This document shows positions 19,901 to 29,253 of a DNA stretch of 64,000 bases, in pieces. This stretch comes from Diplonema japonicum. Its lineage: Eukaryota; Protista; Euglenozoa: Diplonemea. Each line of letters opens with the position of its first letter. Within the stretch, counting starts at the first letter, position 1. The position numbers were made by a program, and so were the translations under genes. The notes beneath the pieces are model-generated. The model was given only the letters and a program-made list of their open reading frames with translations. It did no database searches and was not told where the DNA came from. The stretch spans positions 1 through 64,000 of the forward strand of contig OZ025657.1 of the NCBI GenBank assembly GCA_964019335.1. The letters are read 5' to 3'.

Positions 19901-22421
19901 AAAAAAGGAGCGACCTCTCAGAGTCGATGCGTTTCTGGATCCAAGGGGGCCATTTGATCTTCCCCTGCTTCGTCTCCAGCGTATCTTTCGCGATAATGGT
20001 CCCACCTGGCTCTGCTGTCTCATAGTTGCGCAGCACGTCATCAGCTTTGGCAGTGGGGCTACTCGGATCTTCTTCAATATCTTCGTATGCCCCCAATTTC
20101 TTCCATTCTGCCATAGGGCTTCCCACCTCCTCACCATAAGGGCTCGGTTCTTCCTTGAAGTCATCTTCTCTGTCTTCGTCATCCTCCGTCGCTGTGGAGC
20201 CTGTCTCCTTCAGGTCACGGCTAGAGAGCAGCACAGCAATGAACAAGTTTAGCATCATGTAGTTACCAAGGATGTAGTACAGAACAAAGTAGAGAGATAC
20301 CCAGTCGCCCACAGATCGCATCCCATTGTACATCACCTTGTTCCAATCCTCCCCGGTCAGGATCTGGAACGATGTCAACAGGCTCGCCCCAAGGTTGTCG
20401 TAGTTCGACCTCGGCACACCACCGCAGCCACGACCTGTGGACAACTCTGCTTCTGATAATCCAGGTGCGTCAGGATTCCAAGAATCATCCAAGTGACAGA
20501 ACTCGCCTCCAAAGAGCTGCATGCCAAGAAGGGAAACAATGAACACCACTAACAAAAGAAGGGCTGTCAGGATGGCAGCGCCTTTCATTGAAGAAAGTAG
20601 AATGCCGATCCATCTCTGCAGAATAGGTACTTGCTTCGCAAGGCGTAGCACACGCAGCGCTCGGAAGGTACGGAACACTGACACATTAGCTGCATCCACG
20701 ACATTCATGAGCTCTACGACAGACAGCACCGCAATCAAGAAGTCAAAACAGTTGAAACCGTCTCCGAAGTAATCGAGAGGCCCAAGGGCGAAGAGCTTGA
20801 CGGCTGCCTCGAAGCCAAACACAATAGTGAACAGGATGTTGAGCCAGAACAAAATATCGGTCATGATGGTTGGCTGGTTGTGGTGCTCTGCAGCCAAGGT
20901 GATGGTGTTGAGGAGGATCACAAACATTACGCCACCCCTGAACATCTTGTTCCAAAAGGGCTTTGTTGTGTTTTCCCCTGTGGGCTCTACATATTGATAC
21001 AAAAAGTCTCTTAACGGGCCTCTTTCTCGCATTGCATTCAAGTGATCCATTATTGTGGACAGTATACTGCCCATAGGCCCAACATTCTTCACATTGTCCA
21101 CCAGCTCCCCCATTCCTAGCCCTGTTCCGGAGGGGCCTTTTTTCGACATCGTACTCGCAATCAGGTTTTGATGTGTAGAAGCATACTCCATAAACTCCTC
21201 TATAGTGACCGTTCCCCCTCCATCCTTATCCATCTCACTGAAGACCTTGTCCAATTCTTCCACCTCAATGTCTTTTCCTGTTATCTTCTTGAGCATCTTC
21301 CTGACTTCATCCTTGTCCAACTCCCCACCGCCGTCTTTGTCTATAGCGTGGAATACAGCAGCAGTCTGTTCCTCTTGCTTCATAGCAAAGGACTCCGTGA
21401 TGATGACAATGGTAAGGTTGAGGATGAAAAATGACCCAAAGATGATCAAGATGATCCAAAAGAACGAAGCGAAGTACGTGGTGGCGTACATCGTCTCATA
21501 CATAGAGTCTGTCCAGCCCTCAAGGGTGAGGGCGATGAACAACGTGAGTGCGGTGACGCCCATGTTGTCGAACGAGAGTTTCCCGAAGTTGGGATTGTCG
21601 CCAAACTCGCGACATGTCGAGCCCCATTCACAGATGTGGCCACCGATGTTGGGGTGGTGCCCTGTAGTGCAGATTCGATCCCCAGCGAGCACTAATGTAG
21701 CGTTCGGGATACTTGATTCCACCGCAGCTAGGCTGTCGTTTGTCACGCAATGCCACCTGAACAGGCCCTTCCACTGCTGAATAGCAATAATACCCATGAT
21801 CAGGAGGAAGAAGAAGTACAAAATGAAAACGTCTAAAAGCTGTGGCAAACTTGCAAGGATTGACAAAACAAGCACCCGTACGCCAGGGAAAGCCTGAACA
21901 GCCTTGAGAGGACGAAGCAACCTGAAAGCCCGCAATCCTGTGATCCCTGGCCCATTGAATTTCACGATGACCTCCAAAAAGAAGGAAAGTAGACCAGACA
22001 CCACGATGATGAAGTCGAGCATGTTCCATTCGTCCTTGATGTAGGCGTCAGGCCTCGCGATGAAAGAGAGGCCGAGTACCTTTATAAGAAATTCAACCAC
22101 GAATAGAAACACAAACACATAGTCAGAATATTTCGTAAATTTACACAACGACGTCACGCAGTCTTTATCCGTTGGATCCTCCATTGATAGTGTGATACAG
22201 TTAAGCACAATCACCGTTAACCAGAATCTCTCGAACCATATATTCCCGTAGATTTGTTTCCTACACCAATTCCTCACCCCGTCGCCCCACTCCTCGATGT
22301 ACAGTGTCACGTTCGAAATATCTGAGCTGTCATCGTCATCATCCTCCAGCTCGTTCTGCTTGTCCAAGAGCTGGATCTTCTTATCTGTAAGACCCTCGTC
22401 ATCTTGGGTCATGTACCCCAT
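16941..22421 (-). CDS. Four-domain voltage-gated Ca2+ channel alpha subunit (EEEE filter) with EF-hand pair, IQ and PDZ-like domain
   Basis: Four S4 segments (e.g. LRAFRLLRPLK, FRTFRALRVLR). Pore loops TLEGW, TGEDW, SLEGW, TGEAW. 1826 aa. Confidence 0.95.
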   Translation of the reverse strand: MGYMTQDDEGLTDKKIQLLDKQNELEDDDDDSSDISNVTLYIEEWGDGVRNWCRKQIYGNIWFERFWLTVIVLNCITLSMEDPTDKDCVTSLCKFTKYSDYVFVFLFVVEFLIKVLGLSFIARPDAYIKDEWNMLDFIIVVSGLLSFFLEVIVKFNGPGITGLRAFRLLRPLKAVQAFPGVRVLVLSILASLPQLLDVFILYFFFLLIMGIIAIQQWKGLFRWHCVTNDSLAAVESSIPNATLVLAGDRICTTGHHPNIGGHICEWGSTCREFGDNPNFGKLSFDNMGVTALTLFIALTLEGWTDSMYETMYATTYFASFFWIILIIFGSFFILNLTIVIITESFAMKQEEQTAAVFHAIDKDGGGELDKDEVRKMLKKITGKDIEVEELDKVFSEMDKDGGGTVTIEEFMEYASTHQNLIASTMSKKGPSGTGLGMGELVDNVKNVGPMGSILSTIMDHLNAMRERGPLRDFLYQYVEPTGENTTKPFWNKMFRGGVMFVILLNTITLAAEHHNQPTIMTDILFWLNILFTIVFGFEAAVKLFALGPLDYFGDGFNCFDFLIAVLSVVELMNVVDAANVSVFRTFRALRVLRLAKQVPILQRWIGILLSSMKGAAILTALLLLVVFIVSLLGMQLFGGEFCHLDDSWNPDAPGLSEAELSTGRGCGGVPRSNYDNLGASLLTSFQILTGEDWNKVMYNGMRSVGDWVSLYFVLYYILGNYMMLNLFIAVLLSSRDLKETGSTATEDDEDREDDFKEEPSPYGEEVGSPMAEWKKLGAYEDIEEDPSSPTAKADDVLRNYETAEPGGTIIAKDTLETKQGKIKWPPWIQKRIDSERSLLFFDHDSPIRNTMLKIVESNYFEALVLIAILVSTVTLALEDPMKPVDHPREQTLATINFIMVWVFVAESVFKSVAMGFIMHPTSYLRKEGWNVLDFIIVLVSLISLVTPGAENLDFIKVMRALRPLRFINKFEGMKVVVQALLRSIAPLMNVLLISLLVWLIFGILGVQIFSGKFYRCSLDSYGDMEDSTGITLKVDCLNITKCNGPAGEPCRWITYDSNFDNLPNAFLNLFEVASLEGWVDVMNLGIDAVSVDEAPRKNNNPIMALYFVIFIVFGAFFIINMFIGVLIDTYYQEKEKASSGGIFLNERQKMWVNHHSKMLNIMSSSAAVQRQENHTYLSAFVSSFYFDMAITCCICINVILMALEFYPAPDYWNTALDWFNTGFYVIFALEAAIKILDDYKGYFNDVWNRFDFTIVCLSTVGIIVSLFVSAGAAVSMFRVLRLARLLRMVKKAQGIKRILRTLYLSLPSMINVAGILSLMFFVYAVLGVKLFAKLKRNDSMGPYANFENFCFSLLLLLRMTTGEAWQAILKAASVQPPHDCDSHLDECGSPTIAAIYFCSFTLSGMYVLLNLFIAVILDAFSQSDSEDTCSEEYMEKVRIAWNNRQRTIDGYEGGGLHPDDLESFLVAIGPPLGPEENCSKREMTKFTILLDLKLDQGSGLIPQGEIIPKLFRLKYGQDLPETIQQQLKEKEKEHGNAIAEAPEETAHSLSYQLSLIRAQALVRGWLTRHLLKKRIEKEKLKRSREPYPWVADSTWPSGEVHSFALKLYPPEGGPRVPLGFGLDPDSCRVTRVNYGSSAHLSGMSPGYLIKSVNGLKPKDPGECGKLMQFFTSRGEAVLLEVETADPNDILLERYAGDDKQLNFIELVNMCRDMGVPHPLSHVSYEEMCNKKELDPSAGFAWRDVHEIMSGLSPTAQQRVLEKLNLSPPKPDVQMAYNPLATRMSHHTQQRNLSFSSASFSPAASTTIHVSGMGHVADQQYPSRFLL

Positions 22422-22522
22422 GGTACCGATCCTGCGTGGTATTCATTAAAACAAAAGCTTCGCGGAATGCGAAAACTAACACTCCTGATATCGAAAATCA
22501 AGAAAAGGATAGCAAACACGCA

Positions 22523-25500
22523 CTAATCAAGCTTCTTGGGTGGGGGGGTGACGCTGGGAGCGGGTGTAGGTTCACTGGCTGAGGGCGCTTCTTGCTTCTT
22601 CTGTTATGAAAGTATAACACGAAAGTAGCATACCTTAGGAGGGACTGTCATAGGCGTTCCTGGAAGACGTACTTCGCCTAAAGCTCCAGCAAACGATCGC
22701 CACCCTTTTCCGATTGAATTTGACACCTGTGAGTGCGAGTGATAGGTGCGGCGGGCTGCATACCTGTGCTAAGGCTTCCTCAGCCGCTTTGGAGGCTTGA
22801 GAGGGCTGGGGTGTCTCAGCAGAAACGGGGCCCGTAGCGGGGGCTGGCGATTCTTCAGACCGCTCAGGAAGCTCTACCGGGGCATCGCCCTCGAGGGGGA
22901 GAGGTTTCAAGAGAACCATACCGGTCTATGATTTATGCATGCATACTTTTTTTCTTTTGATATACCTGGCTTCTCACGGACACCCAACCATCATACTCAT
23001 GCAATCTCCCTCGGCCACCGACTCTCTCAACTACGTGCACAATGGCTCCTTTGGGCAGAACTGTCACCTTAGCGCTTTGCATTGCTTTGCCTGCGCGGAC
23101 CTGTGCACCATCGGATACCACTATCATGCGTACGACTTCTGTAGAGGTCTCTGTTTTCTTCGAGGTGCCTCGGATCAACTCCTCGTTGATCTTCGTTCTC
23201 GTACCGAACTCTTGCTTCTGAAGTTCGCCTCGTTCACCCACCTCGGCCTCTATCTCGACTTGCCGGGTAAGCTCCTCAGATGACACGATTGCCCCGATGA
23301 GTCCCATTATCTCCACCCTGTCCCGTTCATCCGTCTCGTCGGTCAGCATTGTCTCCCATTGCAACTTCTGTGTCTTCTCGAAAATAGCGCGTATTTCGCT
23401 CTCCTCCTGCACAACAAGCTGCCTCTCCTGCTCTTCAGCTGCACTGCGTTCTTTCTGCTTACAAAGCGCATCTTGCTTCTCGATTTCAAAGAACTCAGCA
23501 AAAGGAGCAAAGCCATCAGCTTCTTCGTCCACGATAGGAACCCGGCTGCAACACTCTGCATCGAGTAGCTCAGCACTGTGGTTTGGTCCAGGTTTAAAAA
23601 AACATACATCAGCGCTATAATGTGTTCCATGCGGAGTTGTTCGGTTTGCATAGCCTGCGCTCTGGATGTCTCGGTCACTTTAATCAACTCATCCCACCCG
23701 GCTTCTTCTGCAGATACTTCTCTGTTTCTAGCATCTGTTTCATTGCTCTCAATATTCCGGAGGGCTTTTTTGTGCAGCTCTGCAAGCAGCTCTTTCTCGT
23801 GTGCCATTGCTGTGGCTAAATTGTTGAATAGTTCTAGCTGCGCCTCCTCGTATACTGTTGCCTCTTCTTCCGCCACACGTCTTCTTTCTTGCCCCTCTTC
23901 TGCGACCGTGTATTCCTGCGTACAAACAAGCTCGTGTAGCAAGAAAGCATCTTCTTCCTCACGAAGTACAACACTCCGAGCAACTTCCTCATCACTAATC
24001 GTCACCATCATTGTTTGTTTTATCATCGCAAGCTGCTGCCCGCTAGCGGCTTGCACCTGGACTGTCTTGCGCGTACTTCTCTCCTCTCTCAGGTATTTTG
24101 TCCTGTTTACAGATTCCCTTGCCTCAAGAAAACTCAGATCGCGCTGGCCATTCATGACTGAAATACCCGAGCAGTGCTCGACATCAATGTCATTTCTGGC
24201 TTTTGTTTCCCGTTTTCCCATGTCCTGAAGCCATATGCTGCTTACGTGCGACAGGATTACATCCATTTCTTGCGCCTCACAGTCCATAGTTCTCCTTCTC
24301 GACAGATATTCTAATACTTCCATCAGTTGCACGCCTTGCGAATCGTCAACGAAACACCTCTCGCCTACTTCGTCGTCTTCCACCTCCATCCTGCCTGTGG
24401 CTTCCTCTCTCGTGAGGCGCTCTCTGTCAGGACGAGTCATAACCAAGATGTAGTCGTACTCGTATGCCTCATGCAGTGTCACACGCGTAGTTTGTTCTTG
24501 CTTTGCAATGTCGTCTCTTTCCTGTGACTCCCCCACCTGCATCTGGTCCTTCTCCATGGTAACGACAAGTGCTTTCCAATCAGCTCGCTTTTCAATCCCG
24601 ATGAGCTCCAGAGCATATCTCCAATCGTCAACTACTATTGCACGCTGTGCCCTTTCGAGCTCCTGGACAGCCCTCATCTCCATACGGATCGCCTTCGTCA
24701 ATATTGTCATGTGCTCAGTATCCTCCTGCCTCCCCAAACCCCATCTATCCTCACCCTCCTCTCGCTCCATCCGTGTACGTAGCAACTCCTCTTGTTCCAC
24801 GGCACGAAGCAGGTTCAGGTTCACCTCTTGAAGAGATGGCTTGTGCTGTGGGGTACTCGGCTTTGATGCTTCTTCCCGCGCTTCAACTTTCTTCTTTTCC
24901 TTTCGGCTGTGCGAGTGTGAGAAGGTTTCTTTTGGTGACGGGTTACTGAATTCCCTTGGCACCCATGTGAAGGCTTTTTTAGAACCCATTGCCGCCTGTT
25001 TCCCTAGCCTGCCCCCAGACCACCAGTCCTTAATCTTGCTCTTCGCATGCGCCTTAGTAGCAGCACCATCTGTTTTTCTGTTGGCTTCGATGTCTTCTTG
25101 GTCGCCAGAGAGCCACTTATACACCATTTTCATATACGTGCCCTGTGAATGTGATGCTGGCGGAAAGTTATACCTCGTTGGCCGTCCCCAGGTGCTGCAA
25201 CACGAAGCTTGGTATGATCACAGCAAAGACACTCGCAAAGTATCCTCCAGAAACGAGCGTGTTTGGTGCCCAGAGGTTCAGGGCTAAAAATATCGCCACC
25301 ACGGTGAGAGGCAAAACGATCAGTGCAAATGGTTTCTGCGTTTGATTGCGTGATGCTTGCTGCATACCTCTTTGTGTCGTATAATGTTATCCTCTTCTTC
25401 CTCTTCACCCTCCTCGCTTCGTTTCTCCGGCTTCGGTGGTGTGACAACATCCTGCACCCTAATTGTTTTCTTGGCTTGCTTTGACTGTTCTTGTGCCCCC

Positions 25501-25886
25501 TCGGCACTTCTGCCGTTGTTCTCCTGTATGTCAGAGCTTTCAATGCTCTTCTTAACTTTTCCGCTGATTGAGCTCCTTTCAGTTGCTTGCCTTTCATCTG
25601 ACTCAGACGTTGCCATCTCGACAACCACTTTCTGCAGTCTAACCCCTTCTTCCGACACCGGCCTCACGTTTAAATCGGTCCGTACCTCCCTAGACCTCAC
25701 CATTGTGCCCGAATCCTCGGCACCTGAGTCCTTCACCACTGGGCTCCGCTTCACTGGCTCCTCTTCCCGTTTCACATATGTCACTTGCCTATCCACAGCC
25801 ACTCTTACATCTTCTCTTCCGTCAGAATCTTCGCAAATCACTTTAGATGCTAACACAATACAGATGAAAAGCAAGTGGCGCAACAT
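22523..25886 (-). CDS. Signal peptide + 2 TM + long coiled coil + SH3b-like domain protein; introns 25336-25367, 25143-25173, 23576-23607, 22926-22965, 22727-22763, 22601-22633
   Basis: Six 31-40 nt GT-AG introns join ORFs 25320..25886, 25168..25365, 23343..25133, 22933..23532 and 22635..22919 into one frame ending KKLD*. Confidence 0.75.
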
Positions 25887-26034
25887 GTAGCATCAGTGTT
25901 CTGTTTGATGTAATCGCAAATGAAACAAAAAATAATCAGAGCGTTACCGGTTAGTACAGTCGTTAATAACAAAATAAAGCAAGGTGTGTCTCGTCCATGC
26001 AAAGGCTAGTAGATTCAGGAAAGGACTTCTTAAG

Positions 26035-27030
26035 CTATTTGAGAATGAGGGTGGTTGAAAGACCGTAGTGGTCACTTGGAAACAGATAAGTTTTCGGGTT
26101 GCGCAGAATATTGACACCTGCAGCGTCACCCAGAAGGGATATTGCGGCATACACTGCAGAAAAAGGGAGCTTTAGTGTCTTCAGAAACAAGGGGGATCCT
26201 TTCGGGGGAGCTCTGTCGGGGTTGTGCAGGGGGCGGTTGCCTATAATACTGATCGTAGAATCCGGCAAACTGCACCATTCAACATCATCCTTGACTAGGA
26301 TTCTATCCAACCTCATCCTCACGGACCGCAGCATGTCGAAGTGTGGCAGGAGCTCTTTCACCATCAGGTTTGTGACTGCGTCAAACGTGTAACCCTTGTC
26401 ACCAGGGTGAACTTGTGACCACACATCCTGCCACAGAGTGGGGATAGATGTGTTCTCCCTTTCGGAATGAAAGTTGAGGTCTCCAAACAACACAGAGCAC
26501 TGAACGTCTTCTTTGTCGATCTCGTTGCACAAATACTCAAGCTGGACCTTTCTCTTCTCTTTGTTCGGACCATATGCATTCAGGTGAGCAGCAACTAAAC
26601 CTACTTTTCTCCCGTTGATCGACACCGTACCTATGTCCGCCTTGCGGCGTAGTTTGGGCAGCTCGACACTCCGCACAGACTGGTAGCCCACCTTCGAAAG
26701 TAACACGTTTCCAAATGGAGCCACATCCTCTGCCCCAATCTTCGAGATGCAGTACCCATCTCGCACCCATGGCGAGTTAAGCAGCTTGTTTAGAAAGTAA
26801 GGCGTGACTTCGTTCAGTCCAATAAAAGTGGCCTGGCATTCCTCCAGTACCTGCAGCGTGCCAGCCTGCCTCTCATCGTGACACAGGAGGTTGTTACGAA
26901 ATCTCTTCTCAACGTCACAAAAAGAATCTGCCAATACGTTGAAGGTGACAATCTTCACATCTGCAAGAGCCACATCCTCACACGGAGTAGCAGGGGCCCA
27001 CGCGCCATGGTGCCATCTGAAGCCGGCCAT
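26035..27030 (-). CDS. Endonuclease/exonuclease/phosphatase (EEP, TDP2-like) protein
   Basis: Motifs VTFNV, IGLNEV, AAHL, FGDLNF, RLDRI, PSDHYG. Confidence 0.9.
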   Translation of the reverse strand: MAGFRWHHGAWAPATPCEDVALADVKIVTFNVLADSFCDVEKRFRNNLLCHDERQAGTLQVLEECQATFIGLNEVTPYFLNKLLNSPWVRDGYCISKIGAEDVAPFGNVLLSKVGYQSVRSVELPKLRRKADIGTVSINGRKVGLVAAHLNAYGPNKEKRKVQLEYLCNEIDKEDVQCSVLFGDLNFHSERENTSIPTLWQDVWSQVHPGDKGYTFDAVTNLMVKELLPHFDMLRSVRMRLDRILVKDDVEWCSLPDSTISIIGNRPLHNPDRAPPKGSPLFLKTLKLPFSAVYAAISLLGDAAGVNILRNPKTYLFPSDHYGLSTTLILK

Positions 27031-27080
27031 ATTGCTGCAGTGCATGAAGAACAGAAAGGGTAAATATAATACACAGTACA

Positions 27081-28033
27081 TCACTCACTATTTCTGTACT
27101 TTTCTAAGATTTGTTTTCGCTTCGTCTGTGTGGCTATTGTTATTGTATGAAGTAGCATACCGCCAAAAGCAGCTGCAGATCGCGCTCGCCTTGCAGCTGT
27201 TTCTGCAGTTGCAGAACTAATTTAGACTGCTCCGAGATTACGGAGCTCATTTCGTTGATCTTTGTTTTGAACTGCTCCTGTGACTCCTCTTCGTTCGTTA
27301 GGTTTGTATCTAAAATCTCAGTCTCCGCCCTTTTCTTCTCTACCTCCCTCTCCAGTCTATCTAAGTCTTTTTGCAGCTCACTGTGGTCAGGGGTTAACAA
27401 ACTTAGTTCCTGTACATACTCCATCTGCCTATCTTGCATGCTGCACTTTTCATTCAGGCTCGCGATCTTCTTGCTCAGCTGTTCGTTCTCTGCTGTGTAC
27501 GACACCTTTTTCCTTTTCGCAGGCACCCTGCGCTCTTTCTCCTCCTCCGCCCTCCGCTTTTTCATCTCCGGTTTCTATTGAAAAGTGTGTAAGGGTAAGT
27601 AAGTCATAAGAATACCTGCTTTCTTTCCAGGAATTCTCTCATGCAGCTCACTTTTTCGTTGATGTCGTGCTGACTTGGCAAAGCTAATCCTATAACAATT
27701 GGGTGTCATTTCTTGCATACCATTGCTCTCTTGAGTCTGTTTGTATTGCTGGAATTCATCTTCAGTAAACGGCCCGTTCGAAACGAACTCTAAAGAGTAC
27801 TGCCGAACAGAAGGGCCGTACGCCAGCTCCATTTGAGGCTTTTGAAGGTCGTCGCCCAGTCTGATGGCACGCATCGCTCTGTACTGCTTAGCCGACGACT
27901 GATCGCGCACTACCACCCGACAAAACAGGTTGGGGATCACAGGAGCGAAGTCTTCATCATGCATCCATTTCAACACGGTGTCCCTGCTCAGACGTACAAG
28001 GTTGAACTGCCTTAATGAGATCTCATCGTCCAT
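27081..28033 (-). CDS. Plus3-domain (RTF1-like) coiled-coil protein; introns 27690-27720, 27575-27615, 27126-27160 (and probably 27381-27419)
   Basis: 'VRLSRDTVLKWMH..F..VIPNLFCRV..YR..LEFVSNGPFTEDEF' matches Plus3. Splicing restores the frame. Confidence 0.75.
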
Positions 28034-28090
28034 CTTCACCTGTGCTGTGTGGGGGCATGGGAAAAAAAAAATAGTAGAAGTGACTCGGAT

Positions 28091-28994
28091 CTAAATGTTT
28101 CGGATGTCATCTTTATGACTTTGTATTTTCTCCTCTTGTTTAGTTTCGTCTTTTTTCTGTTCCCTCTGCACCGACTCCTTAAGCTCCCGCAAGCTGGCCT
28201 CACCATCACGTGTGTACTCCCGTTCATACAGATTCTCGTATTGCATCCGGTTGTAATCGATAAACTCACTCAGAGACCACGTGTACTTCTTTTTAGTCAC
28301 GGGCACACCTTCTAAAAACATCTTGGCAGGGTCAGATTCAGGAGAGCCGCCCGCTCGTGCATGCATCTCAGACCTTCGAAGCAGGGTGATTCCAGACTGT
28401 GACGTGTGTAGTGAGTGCAATCGCAGGAGCTTCATCATGCGCCTGCCACTTGTGTAACACGCTGCTCCTGTGACCAGCAGGTACAGAGCTCCCCCCATCA
28501 CGTACTCGGGAATGAAGCCAGGCTTTAAGCAAGAGCAACCAGCCAGGGATCCCTCTCGTGCTAAGAAGTAGACATCAACCTCACTTCCGATCTAAGTGTC
28601 GTTGTTAGGTGGCATTTTCATACTGTTGTGAATTTCTTGAATTCACTTCTGAAGGGGTTCAAAAACTCCCCAACATTCTGCAGCAGTGCTCCTGCGTAAG
28701 CTTAGAATGAACTAGCGGCATACCTTGGAATATTTTGTTCCCCACAAAAATCTTGTTCCCTACCACGAACTCATACTCCACAATGTAGTGCGACATAGTC
28801 GTATACTTCACATCCTTAATGATCCCTTTTTGCCGTCTGTTCAATCTTGTCGAGTACATCATATCTCTTATCATCATTCGATACTCAGACAGTCCAATCA
28901 TGCACGCATTCCCAAATATAAAAACTAGCCCTGCCCAAGGCAACGAGTGCCCCTGACCAATCCGTGGACCTCCCCAAAACGAGTTGTGCTTCAT
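28091..28994 (-). CDS. Membrane protein, DUF3592-like; introns 28692-28723 and 28592-28623
   Basis: TM, then 'VEYEFVVGNKIF..IGSEVDVYF', then TM, after removing two 32-nt introns. Confidence 0.55.
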
Positions 28995-29253
28995 TTCCAC
29001 CCCTTTCCTTCCTTACCTAAATAGTTGAAACACTTCAAACGCGGACATGAATACAAGAACTACTCGAAGATAAGTGGAGGGAGAGTGTTACGGGACAGGA
29101 ACAACAACGAAGGATACACAATATCCTATAGAGGGAGAAAAAAAGAGACGAACAATCTAATTTTAGCAGGGGTGGGGAACAGGTGTGCAGTTGCAACTCA
29201 TACAAAGGGAAAGAGCAAGCTCAATGGGGAACAATAACAATATCTAATACAAC

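Noticed and set aside
27091-27102. TTTCTGTACTTT resembling the euglenozoan spliced-leader 3' end
   Set aside because: Only 12 nt, antisense within a coding exon, and lacking the rest of the SL and its GT donor.
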